Source: Anthoceros angustus
Taxonomy: Eukaryota; Plantae; Anthocerotophyta
DNA: 64,000 nt
NCBI GenBank assembly: GCA_010909165.1
Contig: MU008209.1
Coordinates: forward strand, 186,001-250,000
Reading direction: 5' to 3'
The notes under the pieces were generated by a model. That model worked only from the letters and a program-made list of their open reading frames with translations. It was not told where the DNA came from and did not search any database. The number at the start of each line of letters is the position of its first letter. The stretch's first letter is position 1. Positions 36,501 to 50,198 of this stretch are shown here, in pieces. The position numbers and the translations under genes are program-made.

Positions 36501-39500
36501 TTGAGATGGGGAATTCCCAGATGGTTGAGTTCCGAGAGTAGAGGTTTCGAGACAGATGCCTCAGCATCTTGAGGCATCTGCTCTAGACCACGGCAGTGCA
36601 CATCAGCAACGCACAATTCCATGCTCTCGGCAGCCACACAACAACGTTCTTCAATCAGGATTGAATTCAGCACGTAAAGACAACAATTGCAAGCCAAGCT
36701 TGTGCTCAATATTCGCGATAGAGCTTCCTCATCGATCCGTGTACACCCTTCGTGGTGTTGTAAGGTCTTCATACTCCAAGGCCTTGTAAGGCCCTTTTAG
36801 AAGCACTTGACATGTCTCAATTTTTGTGAGGCCCCTTCAAGGCCTTTACAACAACAAGAATTCCCAAGTCTCTTGTTTTATGGACTCCTTACAAATTATT
36901 CAACAAGAAAATCCAACAAAGTCTCTATACCATCTAGTACTAGTACCAGTACCTGCTGAGTGCTACCATAAGAAATGTGTTTATGCTACTATAAGAAATG
37001 TATAAGAAATATTACAAGGGAGAATATTATTTATCATAATTTAAATTACATCTCGAATATCAAGATAAATTATGACTAACAAAGTGAAGTTACTTAACTT
37101 TATTAATCAGCTAAAATTAATACATCATAATTAATGAATTTAATATACAAACCATGATTAGGGTTGTTATAAAATGCATTGAAGATGCATCATAGTAATG
37201 TGTGTTGTAATGTCTTCGTGTAAAGTTTTCTCGATTACTAGTTTACTTGGTCAAGGTATATTGCATATCATAGATATTATCTCATATAATATAATACATA
37301 GCCAATAGGGGGTTTCAAACTTAGGATGTCGACAACAGCGTATCCGCCCTATTTCGAGGTTGCCTACCCCCGCATATGAACCTCGTAATCACGTGAGCGA
37401 ATCAATTGCTTCAATCTTAACTCCCCCCCGAAATCGGGCCGGTTGTACGTATTGTTTGTACCATTCTGTGACCGCCCTTGCTTCCCATTACATGTCCTAG
37501 TTCCGTTGCTCTTGCCCACACGTCCCTCCGTCCCCGCCTCCTTCCCCGGCCTTCGCCTCGCCCCCACTTGACCGCCCGCTACTGGTGCCCCTCTGTCTGT
37601 CCCCATAAATGGGCGATTGCCGCGTGACTGTGGGCTTGTGAAGCTCAGTTGGTGCCGGTAGAGAGATCAAGCGAGGCTGGGGTGTAGGGTTTAGGGTGAG
37701 TGGTGTCAGCTGCTCGGAGGGATGCCGAGCATACACATCGGCGGGGCAAGCGCGGCACACCGTGCCATCTCTTCCCCGCTGATCACCGGTGCCTTGGGGC
37801 GACAATCCTGCCTCCTCGTAAAATGGCGAATTAGCGCGCGCCCTCAGAGCGTGTGTATAGCCGTTGTCACTTCAAGGAAGAAGAAAAGTAACCTTCTGGG
37901 AAGAAACCAAATTTGCAAAGAGAAGATTATGAGGGTATTTACTTGGCTAGAGCATCCGCCCAATCGCACACTATGCTTTGTGTGCTGGCCGGATAAGTGT
38001 TGGTGAGCCACACGCACCCAAGTGTGAAGGGCTTGATGTCTTTGGCGATGTGGTAAGCAAAGGCGTAAGGGCGCTTATGTCTTGGTGCGAAAAGCATGAA
38101 GGAAAGATTTGCTACTTACAAGGCAAGGTACATAAAGGCGAGAGAGGCAAGGGACAATACAGGTTTTGGTGTGTCTATAGAGGACCAGAAAAATGGTATT
38201 TTTACTGTTGCACATAAATTGGACATAGAGGTGCCTTGCGCTCATCAGTAGGTGTTGTTCGCACACGCTTCTGAACAAATGGAGAAGCGGCAGTCTCAGA
38301 AGGTTGTTTCTTCTTCCTGATATGGAAAGCCTCCCCACCATCAACGACTTCACTTGGCAGGGCATGTCCTCATTTAAGTTCATCTCATGCCTAATATGGA
38401 AAGCCTCCCCACCATCAGGGACTTCACTTGGGAAAGCATTGTCCTCATCTAAGTTCAGGTAATCTTGAGGTTGTGATTCACATTCTTCAGGAATTTGAGA
38501 TTCATCGTCGTTTGGACACTGTGAGTCTCCTTCAGTTAAACCAAGGGAGGTGTCAGGATCTTGAATACTTGTAGTAAACTGAGGTAGGAATTCTCCAATT
38601 AAAGGAGCTTGCAGTTGGCCTCCTGTTGTCTATTGCAGTCCACATTCTAGCTCAAATAATGGCTCCACATTTGCTTTGGCTCTAAACAAAAAGTCCATGC
38701 GTTCAAACCAGGCACACATTAAGACGCTGGAGAAGATTGCCGAACTTGCCGCTTTCCAACGGAAGAAGGGGGAGACTCTGCAAAGAGTGGGACTTCCAGT
38801 GCAGCATCTTCGGTTCAGTGGCGTGCTTAAGCCTGTTCAGGTTCAGGCAGCTAAGATGGCAGCTACAGTTGTTCCCACGGCGTTGTGTAATCGCTGTGGA
38901 AGCAGCGCTGAACATCTCTCAGATCAGACAGATAGCTGATGAGTTGACGCTGACGGCCGGTGCTGTGTGAATGTTTGGTGGAGTCGGATGTTGTCACTTA
39001 GGGGACGTGGCTGCATTGGATCTGCTCTTCGTGGCTGCTTGGCTGCGCTTGGAATGCCGTGGTTGTTGATATATACCACCGTATCATTCTGATGTACTTC
39101 ACCTGTTTGCATCTTTTGATGTTCGTAGCTTTTGGTACTTTGATATCTGTGTTAGCCACTTACTAAGCCTCACAAAGAGACAGGGCAAGTTGGAGGGGAG
39201 TTGGAGGCTCGAGCCACTCTGGAACCCTCCCGTTTTCGTTGGCGAGAGAAGGGTGGCTAGCTGCATGGTGCTGGATTTTGAGCGCCAGGGATGTGGGTGC
39301 AATATCCCATGTTCCACTTGTGCATCTATGCCAGTATTGCTTTGTACAAGGAAGAAACAAAGGATCTGGGCATCCGTGACTCTCTGCTGGAGGCTCAGAC
39401 CCCCTTTACAGAGTGCGGGACGCTTTGTTCTAGGCTGGTCTGAGCTATTTTTGTCAGGGCCATCAAGAATGCTGCAGCTTTGTCTCCAAAGAACCAGCAA

Positions 39501-40956
39501 CTGTCCGTGCCAGATTTGATTCTCTGCTCCAACTTCCTTTCGGAGCACAGACTATGCATCTGGAACTGGAGGCTGAATTTCGCTTTCATGCCTGATCAGG
39601 CGTCTAAACACAAGGAAGCTAGAGCTGCGGAATGATTGGCGATAGATCAAGGCAGCTGGAAGGCGTGCACTATTTGCAGTCAGAGTCCAAAAGGGTGCGG
39701 GATGTGATGGAGAATGAATGCGTGAATGGTGCATGTGGCCTCCATGGCGGGCAATCTTCATCCTTCCAGCCAGGCCCCATCCAATCTGCTGTTGGCAGAC
39801 CCACGTGCCTGCCGGCCGGCTACTGAAACGCGCGGCTACATATGTTAGATGGAGCAGGTAGATGAGATCCTTGAAGATATCCCTCCCCTACTGTGAACGA
39901 GTTGTCATCGTCCAGCACCTGGGTTGAAGCCACCAAGCGGGAAAGCTCGCTACCTGATGCTGACCACATACAGATCACTATGATGAGCACCCGGAGCTGT
40001 ACATTACCTTCCCTTGGGTGCCCGTCCTTTAGTCCTCATCATAGCTGCAACAGCGACACATTGTAAACTTTGTGCAATGCTCCATCTTTGGGCCCAAGAA
40101 GGCGACGTTACCATTTTTCGCTGTGTTAATGTCCAGTTCTAGGAGGTCGGAACCTCAACCGCTCCATGGTCCTCATTCTGCTAAGAGTTCTCCCTCCAGC
40201 ATCTCTTGCTAATGCAAGACGAAAAATTAGCAGGGCTGGACCTTGACAGGTGCGTGTATAAGCAGTGCTGCGAGGAAAGTTGGATGGGGACCGATCATAA
40301 ACTCTGCGGTACAGAGAAAGGCAGTGAGTGGAGTACGTTCGCAAGGCAGTGGAAGGTGGTCTGTCCTTCTCCTAGTTTTAACCGCGTCTGTTCATGGTCG
40401 TGGGATGTTTTTCACCGTTGCCTTCTGAGAGCTCACATCAAGATGACGGACAGGGGCAGCTGGAACAGGAAGGCATGGACAAGGCATGTTCCGTCTCCCT
40501 GTAGAAACATCTTGAGCACTGGGACACGGTGTCGCTCCTGCTGCATTCCTTCTCTTCGTCGCTGGATTTTTGGGCTTTATAAATTCTCTGTAGCTCTTCC
40601 TTGTCTGCTTCATCTCTCTGCAGTATGTGATTTCCTCCTCTCTGAGCTCTTGGTATCCTTCATGCTCTTCTCAGCTTTGTGACTTGTAGTGGAACAGATT
40701 CCACTATGTCTTGCAAAGTTGTGTCATCGCTTTGTGTCTAGCCCAGGGGAGGTAGATTTTCAGGGACCCTTTGGCTGCTTGAGTGTACTCTCACCAGTGC
40801 TGTGCTGGCTTATGAGCATGTCAATGTGTTTCTTCCGATGGCTAATGGAAGCTTACGTATCTGAGTTTCTGGAGACATTTTCCATATCTTGAAGAGAACT
40901 CTGTGAGGCCACTTGAAGTTTGCTCCCGAAATTGAGAGAGTTCGGATCGTGGTGGA

Positions 40957-42326
40957 ATGATGACAGGGGATTTCGGCAATGGAAATGGCACATACAAGAA
41001 TGGGAACTCTCGGCCAGCACCCAAGTTCACCCCTTCCATGCGTGGAGGTCATGGAGATGGTAGCTACGCAAAGTGCTCCAAGTCACAAGCATACATCTTT
41101 GGAGCTCTGAATTCAGTCATGTTCAAAGGGATTCATTCAGTGAGCAGGCTTCCTTCAATCCCGTTAGATGCACCAGCTTTTAGGATTGCAGACCTGGGAT
41201 GTGCTTCCGGAAGGAACACGGTGACAGCCATGGACCTTGTTCTTCGAGAAGTGCAGAAGTGGTATGCCTCGAAGATGGTGGAAATGCCACGAGAAGTAGA
41301 GGCTTTCTTCTCCGACTTGCCCTCCAACGACTTCAACACTCTGTTCCAGCTGTACTTGCCCACTTGCAAGCCTGGTGCTGGAGAAGGCCAACCTTACTTC
41401 GCAGCAGCAATCCCAGGCTCGTTCTACGGCAGGCTGTTTCCTGCTAGAAGTATGCATGTGCTCATGTCTTCTGCTTCTTTACACTGGATGTCAAAGGTGA
41501 GAGGCTTGATCAAACCCGTAGCTTTTCAGACCCTGTAGTCTCGAAGCTCGGTGCAAGCTGACGGCCACCAAACTTGGCTTGCAGATTCCAGACACAGTGC
41601 TTGACAGGAACTCTCCAGCCTACAACAGAGGGAGGGTGTGGGTGCAGGACGCTGGACTGGAGACGGCACTGGCATACTCCCAGCAATCCAAGACCGACTT
41701 AAGGAACTTCCTCCTTTCCAGAGCCGAGGAACTGGTCTCAGGGGGCATCTTGTTGCTGCTCTTTGGCGGCAGGGTAGACCCAAAGCCCCACTGCCAGCTC
41801 CACACTGCTGTCACTGGCATGCCTATGTTGGGGGACATCCTGAATCAAGGCTGGAACGAACTAGTTGCGGAGGTAAGTCGAACCTTTTTGCCTGTTCCCT
41901 CTCTCGTCCAATCTACCCCGTAGGACCGCCTCACTCTGACCTGATTCCAACCTTGCGCAGGGCTTGGTGGATGGGGACAAGCGGGATGCCTTCAATTTAC
42001 CCATCTTTGGGAGAACACTAGAGGAGGTCAGAGACGGGGTGGAGGAGACACAGTCGTTCCACATCCATCTTCTGGAGCAGTTTCCTGCAGTGCCTCTCTT
42101 CCCACCAGCTGAGGAGGGGAGATTCAAGAACAACCCAAAATCCTTTGGCAAATTCTATGCAGGAGTGACCAGGAGCACGACCAGCAACCTGGTTGAGAAC
42201 ATAATTGGGGCGGAGCTAGCTAACCGCTTATATGCTAGGATTGAACGCCTTGCAGCTCGGGACGTGGCTAATCTGTGTGACAAGGTTAAGGTGGTGGTCA
42301 ATGTCGCAGTGCTCACTCGGAATTAA
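40957..42326 (+). CDS. SABATH family SAM-dependent carboxyl methyltransferase (3 exons: 40957-41497, 41585-41872, 41961-42326)
   Basis: MRGGHGDGSYAKCS..Q, FRIADLGCASGRNT, FFSDLPSNDFNTLF, AIPGSFYGRLFP, SLHWMSK, FLLSRAEELVSGG, DAFNLP. Confidence 0.95.
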
Positions 42327-42992
42327 GTACCACTTGTGTGTGAATGGGCACTTGACACGTTCCATCGATAGTGAAATTGTACAACCCCTCTACCAACTCC
42401 ACCTCTGACGATGACTCCCAGCTAGCCTACCTTTATTCAGCATGTTACTGCCAGGTGTTCAATCCAACCCATCACCATTTTGCAGCTAGAGCTACGAGTT
42501 ACTTGAAAGGACACAAGGAATCCGGCACTGTCTTGGCTTGGAGGACATCATCATACAGTGTAGTGTGAATAGGGCAGCGAAGACCATGCTTCTGTCACCA
42601 TGCTCTCTCCTGGCTAGTCCTCCTGCATTGCTGTATTGTAACTTCCACAACTTCTTCTTTGTGCTCTCAAAAGGAAGATTTGCGCTTCTCTGGAATTCTA
42701 GGAGACTTCAGCGTTAAATCATGTCGTGCACATGGGACTGCGGTCATGGGCACAATCGCCTAGCAATTCCTGGGAGGAGCTGCTGTGCTTAAATCCAACA
42801 AGACGTCCGGCTGCTTTTTCTTCCATTCCCTCGGCACTTGTTTTACCCCACTCTTGTGGACTTGCGCACCGCACTCGCAACAAGTTGGGACCTCTCATTC
42901 TGCAGACCTGCCCTCGAATGTGCACCGGCGTCCTAAACACTTGTCAGAAAACAGTGCTCCCTAGTTTGCCTTGTCCAGTCCACGCCAAACAA

Positions 42993-43253
42993 TATCCCCA
43001 AAAGAACAAATGCCTGTGGATCCAGGATCCACTGCCCTCTCGCACACATGGATCCACAGGATCCACCCCCCTCTTGCTAAGAGAGCAAGCTACCAAGTTC
43101 AGACCCCAAAAATTCAATCCGTAACATCCCTAAAAGAACAAATGCCTTTGGATCCATGATCCACTGTCCTCTTGCACACATGGATCCACAGGATCCACGC
43201 CCTCCTGCGAAGAGAGCAAGCTACCAAGTTCAGACCCCAGAAATTCAATCCGT
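42993..43253. repeat. ~130-bp tandem duplication rich in GGATCC
   Basis: ATCCC.AAAAGAACAAATGCCT.TGGATCCA...CAAGTTCAGACCCCA.AAATTCAATCCGT occurs twice in tandem. Confidence 0.85.
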
Positions 43254-43419
43254 TTCATTCCTAAAGCGTTTGTTCGGAACAACCACAGCTGGAGTCCGGA
43301 CCAACGGGCTGCTGACTCCTTCGTAAGTAAAACTTACTGCAAATCTCGAATCTCGAAAAATCCTTTTTGGAAATTCGTCGATTATTTTACTTATATGCAC
43401 CTTAAAAGTGAAGTGTAAA

Positions 43420-44090
43420 GAAAAGAAGAATATATTATAGTCAACTTGGACAGAATTTTTTTTTTTGTCATGGGACTTGGTACTTGGCAACTTGTACCAT
43501 GGTGTGCCTAAGTTGCTTGCACCAAGGCATCCACTCCCTTTAGGGTGCCTGGCAACTTGTACCATGGTGTGCCTAAGCTACTTGCACCAAGGGCATCCAC
43601 TCCCTTTAGGCACCCTATTTAAGTACCAATCTTCAACCGGAATGCTTAATAATGGCGTTCTTATAAATGTGTGTCCATTTGGACTAAGCCATTTGTAAAA
43701 GGTATACCTAATGCTATTGTCTTGAAATAAAAGATATTTATACATTCTGTATGGTTGATATTGGAGGTGCAAAGTAAGATTTAATGCATTGTTTGTATGT
43801 ATTGCTTCGGCACAATGGGCAACTTTCATGTTCCTTTCAAGGATGACAAGTTTGAGCGACTTTCGTGTTCCTTTTTAGGATGACAAGTTTGCAAACATTG
43901 CTCGGGCATTAAAAGTTTGCATACAAAACTTGGGCACACTGCGCGAGTTTCATGTTTCTTTGAGGATGACAAGTTTGGGCGACTTTTGTGTTTCTTTTCA
44001 TGATGACAAGTTAGCAAACATTGCTTGGGCATTAAAAGTTTGCATACATTGCTTGGGCACACTGGGCGAGTTTCATGTTCCTTTGAGCAT
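43420..44090. repeat. Inverted copy of the 10.7-10.9 kb repeat family plus a degenerate GATGACAAGTT satellite
   Basis: 43465-43700 is the reverse complement of 10700-10900 (GGGACTTGGTACTT..CAACTTGTACCATGGTGTGCCTAAG..GCATCCACTCCCTTTAGG). 43822-44085 has four GATGACAAGTT-containing units. Confidence 0.8.
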
Positions 44091-44329
44091 ATCGTCTCCT
44101 TCCAATGAACTACCTTGTTATTCCTCAAGAGGTTATTGTGTCCAATAGAATCATACCATCCCTAGTACTCTCTTAGTTTTCAAAACGTATATCTTCTTAA
44201 TGAGAACTATACTATATTGTTTCTTCAATAGTATACATGGTAAAAAATAGCATAGAAACTCTGAGGTATTAGTCATCGTTAAGTTTCTCTAATTTCACAT
44301 GAGAGTAGTGTTTTATAAAGGGAAAAAAA

Positions 44330-46220
44330 ATGATGGGGAAAAACCCATCCAGCACGGGACAATGAAGGTGGACCTAAGGGGTCAAGGTCAAAAAGAGCGA
44401 CTAAGCCCTTACCTAAAGTTACCTACTGCTCCTAGAACATCATATCGGGAAGAATAAAATGGCTGCAAGTAGCGGAGGAAGAGGAAGAAGCGTCACTTGC
44501 CATCGCCCATGAAGGATTGTCCGAGATGACCCTTTGAAGGGCAATGGACACACCGGGCGTATGAAATAAGAAAGGGCAACCGCGCCATTCCCGGTGTGGT
44601 AGGACTTGTACGGGACTTGAGAAATTTATCGTCCGTAGCTACTGCCCCATACGTTTCTGGCGGAATAAAGAAATGGCTCGCTTGAATCCCGCTATACTTA
44701 ACCTTGAGAGCCGCACCAGAACAACCGGGCGGTTAGTGATAACCCCGAGCAGATAAAGTGTCCTGGCGGGTGATATACCACGTCCGCCATACCGAAACAC
44801 AGTCACCGGATAGTAGTACGATTGAGGCGACTGTTCGAAAGAATGTACCCGCTCCCTTCAAGGGAAGCCGTACAGCTATGGTAAACATGACTTCGCGGAT
44901 ATAGCGTCATGGGTGGCGGCGATGACCCCATGGGGACAACAAAGGTGTACCCCGAGTCGCCGAGACGAGCCACACCAGTAAGAAGGAAGACGTTATAAAA
45001 CAAGGGGCCAAGACGAAATCGCATCGCAGTGGTGAAGGTGGTTGGTACGATGACAAAACCCCGCATACATGGACGAGCCGAGCTGCCACTGCTGCACTGA
45101 ACAAGAGCAAAGCCAAGCTCTCATGGACCTAGGGATGGAGGAGTCCAAGAGGACAGTGAAAGCTGGCCAAGGCGCTTCTCAAACAACAACGCACGCAGCC
45201 GAAACCGCCGAGATAAACGTCGAGAAAGGAGGAAAATCCCGCCGAGCATCCGAAGAAAGCACTTCCCTGGCCTTCCTTAAGGAAATTTGGAGAGGGAAGG
45301 TTCCCTCCTCCACACTAGACACAAGATCCTCCAGAAAGGGCTTGTCCTAGAGGAAAGCCAGAGGCCAGAGCAGGAGCTGATAGGTCCCAACTACCTAAAA
45401 AAGCCGCCGGGGAAGAGACCTCCAGTGAGAGAAGGTCAGCGCCCCCAAACTGCACTGGCATGGATGCTTGCCAACGGGCCAAATCGCCCACAAGGTACTC
45501 GAAAGCCCCTTGGCCCATGATATCACCAGGAGTATCCATTATCTTCCTGTCAAACCCCTGAAGTCGAGACATGAGGGGGCGGGTCAGGGCGTGCGGATGA
45601 GGTAGCAGGTGCCTAGCAAAGTAGGAGGAAAAATTCCAAGGCCACCCACTTAGCGAGGAGATCCTGGGACAAGTCCTCACTTGAGAGCTGGTCAAGAAGC
45701 TCCCAATGAAGTCGGGGAGCCAAGGGACCCCAAAACCCTAGACCAAGGCAGCAATCTCCCAGGGGCGCAAAGTGGGAGGATGCAGAATGGGGACCAAGCT
45801 GCACTTAGAGAGCTTTACTTTTAAGACCAAAGAAAGCTTATGGGAGAAGAGCTGGAAGGCTCGAACCTTGTCTCGAGCCCAAGGATGTGAGAGTCAAATG
45901 CAGCCAGCCAGGAAGACCAATCGCAGGAAGGCAACCACGGAAAGGCCCTCTGATGAGCAATGGCAAAGAGGGCACCGCTAGAGGATCACCTTTGTACATG
46001 GTGATTCAAGACAACAAATCCCGAAGAGACATTCATGGGCTAATAATAGAGATTGGAAGACGTCCCGTAGAAGCACCGGACAAAAGGTATAAGGCTCCCA
46101 AGGACACCACCAGCGTCCCTGAGCTCCTCGCAGATGACGCTCCTAGAAATGGTATTGAAGGCGTTTTCAACATCCACCTATAAAACAACCCAATCCGGGT
46201 GGGTGTCAAGGCATGCCTAA
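44330..46220 (-). mobile_element. Decayed, 5'-truncated non-LTR retrotransposon, CRE-clade-like RT
   Basis: Minus-strand frames give HPDWVVL*VDVENAFNTISR, LIPFVRCFYG, a degenerate QGDPL..ALFAIAH region, WQASMPVQFGG, SPAAFLGSW and downstream RLG segments. Many stops and frameshifts. Confidence 0.75.
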
Positions 46221-49200
46221 AAGTAAGAAAGATTTAAGGAATTATATATCACTTTTCACTTTCACTTTATATTTACATGCGTGTGTGGTTTCATGAGTTG
46301 GGAGTCAAGGATCTTTATGGGTCTTAATCATCATATACGTACCAAAATAACTTAGAATATAAATTCAGGGGATTTCATATACTTTATTTCATCTATATTT
46401 TAAATATCAGATTTTGGGTCGTACTTAAAAGGTAAAATTATTTTTATTTTCCTATTTTATTAAATAAATAATATTATTTATAATGAAGAATTCTTTTCTT
46501 CAAGTAATTAAAAACTTATTCATAAAAAATAATAATTTGTGATGGCAGTTCACTATGGTGTACCAAAGAGGACAGAGACTAAAGACTAAAGACTTTTCGT
46601 ATTCGATACGCTTTTTTCCTCAAAACGAGACACCATGTCACATTCGGCATAAGTTGCAATTAGTTGTGAACCTAAAAGGCATATCTGACCTCTTTCGCTT
46701 TTTTTATATCATCATCTTGTTTTTCTCCTTACAGGAGGCGGTGGTGGTGGTAGGTGGGCGCAAGTGCCTGCCTCGCCATCGCCCAACTTGCGCCTCCTCA
46801 TCGTCCGGTTGCTTGCATGCCCTGTGGTCTCCATCCTACACTATCCGCACATCTCACGCCTGCTCCCACCATCACTCCATGACGCTTTCCGCACTTTCGA
46901 TAATGGCATGTCCATCATCATCACCCTCCCAAGGTCAACACCTCATAGCTTCAAGAAAACCCACTTCAATTGACTCCCAACTGCGTGTCACTCCTCATGG
47001 GAGGACACGATGACCAAGTTCAGTTAAACTCATGTTAAACAACCTTTGGTCATTCAAGATTGGATGGGGTGCCACCCACCCCATTACTCCTCATCCTTCA
47101 AGTTGTCGGCTTGTTTTGAAGCCTCTAAGGGCCTAATGCGTGATCTTTGTTTAAATTCGCCCGCAAAAGGCTGCTATTGTAAGGTTCAAGTCCTTCGAGC
47201 CCACCGATATTTGATCTTTGTTATTAGGCCATAATATAAGTCATTTTTAGTTATGTTGAAAAATGGTGGTGCATTAAAGTCATTTGTAAGTTATGATACG
47301 GATGAGCCCCTACGTTTATACAAACTCCTCATCCCTACCACCTTCACGTAAGCTTGTGTATGTGTAGTAAGGCCTTCATATTCATGACCTTTAAGGCTCT
47401 TTAGAGCCACTTGATATGTTTCCATTGTTGTAAGGCTCCTTTAGGGCTCTCTGATAACGAGAATTCAAAAGTCTCTTGTTTTATAATCTCCTTATAAATG
47501 TTTTAACACGAAACCCAGCAATTTTAGTCTACTACTAATACCTAATTGAAAATGTTCATGTCAAGGGTGTTTTGTCTTAAGAACATTTGATCCCAAAGTC
47601 AATGGATCTGAGATCATATATCCATGTGAACTTGGATATTATTTGAATTACGAGGTGAAATAACCATGGGTAAAAGTTAAGGATTAGATAGTCATGTTTT
47701 AAGATGCATTCTCACCTACTTCCCAAACATTTTAGCTGCGGTCAAAAGCCAAGTGATCGGCGTGATGGAGCTATGGCACGAGCACCTACCTCGACCCACG
47801 GCGGTGGTGTGATCGAAATGGCTCCCTAAACCCTTTTTAAGATTACGCTATTCCAACCCTTTTGAGGTTGTAACTCTCGCCTCAATGGTAACTCTTGCCT
47901 CGATTGTTCGATTTAGGCGTCGGATGAATTATGGGTTTTGAAAATGTCTAAGGATGTATGGCTATCCCGAGTATATAACCTCAAAGGGTTATGATCTATT
48001 GCAAAGAGGGCACCGCTAGAGGATCACCTTTGTACATGGTGATTCAAGACAACAAATCGAAGAGACATTCATGGGCTAATAATAGAGATTGGAAGGCGTC
48101 CGTAGAAGCCAGGACAAAGGTATGAGGCTCCCAAGGACACCACAGGCGTCTGAGCTCCTCGGATGGCGCTCCTAGAAGTGGTATTGAAGGCGTTTTCAAC
48201 ATCCACCTATAAAACAACCAATCCGGTGGTGTCGAGGCATGCCTAAAAGTAAGAAAGATTTAAGGAATTATATATCACTTTTCACTTTTCACTTTATATT
48301 TACATGCGTGTGTGGTTTCATGAGTTGGGAGTCAAGGATCTTTATGGGTCTTAATCATCATATACGTACTAAAATAACTTAGAATATAAATTGTGATTTA
48401 CATACTTTATTTCATCTATATTTTAAAATATCGAGTTTTGGGTCGTGCTTAAAAGGTAAAAATTATTTTATTTTCCTATTTTATTAAATAAATAATATTA
48501 TTTATAATGAAGAATTCTTTTCTTCAAGTAATTAAAAACTTATTCATAAAAAATAATAATTTGTGATGGCGATTCACTATGTGTACCAAAGAGGAGAGAC
48601 TAAAGACTAAAGACTTTTCAGATTCGACATCGCTTTTTTCCTCAAAACGAGACACCATGTCACATTCGGCATAAGTTGCAATTAGTTGTGAACCTAAAAA
48701 GGCATATCTGACCTCTTTCGCTTTTTTTATATCATCATCTTGTTTTTCTCCTTACAGGAGGCGGTGGTGGTGGTAGGTGGGCGCAAGTGCCTGCCTCGCC
48801 ATCGCCCAACTTGCGATGCCTCCTCATCGTCCGGTTGCTTGCATGCCCTGTGTGGTCTCCATCCTACACTATCCGCCACATCTACGCCCGTTCCCACCAT
48901 CACTCCATGACGCTTTCCGCCCTTTCAGATAATGGCATGTCCATACGAAATCTGTCAACCCCTCCCAAGGTCAACACCTCATAGCTTCAAGCAAAACCCA
49001 CAGTTTCAATTGACTCCTAGCTACCGTGTCACTCCTCATGGGAGGACACAGTGACCAAGAGTTCAGTGAAACTCCGCGGTTAAGCAACCCTTTGGTCATT
49101 CAGTATTGGGATGGGGTGCCACCCACCCCCGGTTACTCCTCATCCTTCAAGTTGTCGGCCAGCTTGTTTTGAAGCCTCTAAGGGCCGCCTAATGCGTGAT

Positions 49201-50198
49201 CTTTGTTTAAATTTCTGGCCCGCAAAAAGGGCTGCTATTGTAAGGTTCTGAAGTCCTTCGAGCCCACCTGATATTTGATCTTTGTTATTAGGCCCGCAAA
49301 TATAAGTCATTTTTTAGTTATGTTGAAAAATGGTGTGCATTAAAGTCATTTGTAAGTTATGATACAGAACGTGATGAGCCCTACGTTTATACAAACTCCC
49401 CTCCAGATCCCTACCACCTTCACGTAAGCTTGTGTATGTGTAGTAAGGCCTTCATATTCATGACCTTTAAGGCTCTTTAGAGCCACTTGATATGTTTCCA
49501 TTGTTGTAAGGCTCCTTTAGGGCTCTCTGATAACGAGAATTCAAAAGTCTCTTGTTTTATAATCTCCTTATAAATGTTTTAACACGAAACCCAGCAATTT
49601 TAGTCACACTACTACCTAATACCTAATTGAAATGTTCATGTCAAGGGTGTTTTGTCTTAAGAACATTTGATCCCAAAGTCAATGGATACGAGACAGTCAT
49701 ATATCCATGTGAACTTGGATATTATTTGAATTACGTAGGTGAAATAACCATGGGTAAAAAGTTAAGGATTAGATAGTCATGTTTAAGATGCGTACTTAAT
49801 GTCACCTACTTCCCAAACATTTTAGCTGCGGTCAAAAGCCAAGTGATGCGACGTAGTCGGGAGCTATGGCCAGCGAGCACCTACCTCGACCCACGACTGG
49901 TGGGGTGTGATCGGCAAATGGCTCCCTAAACCCTTTTAAGATTACGTCATTCCGAACCCTTTTGAGGTTGTAACTCTCGCCTCAATGGTAACTCTTGCCT
50001 CGATTGTTCGATTTCCGGCGTCAGATGAATTATGGGTTTTGAAAATGTCTAAGGATGTATGGCTATCCCGAGTATATAACCTCAAAGGGTTATGATCTAT
50101 TGTTCAAAACTTACCTCATGCCTTTTATATTGCTAATAATTACTTAGTAGGTACTACTTAATTCAAAGATAATTGAATGTGTTTAAAGGTACAAATAA

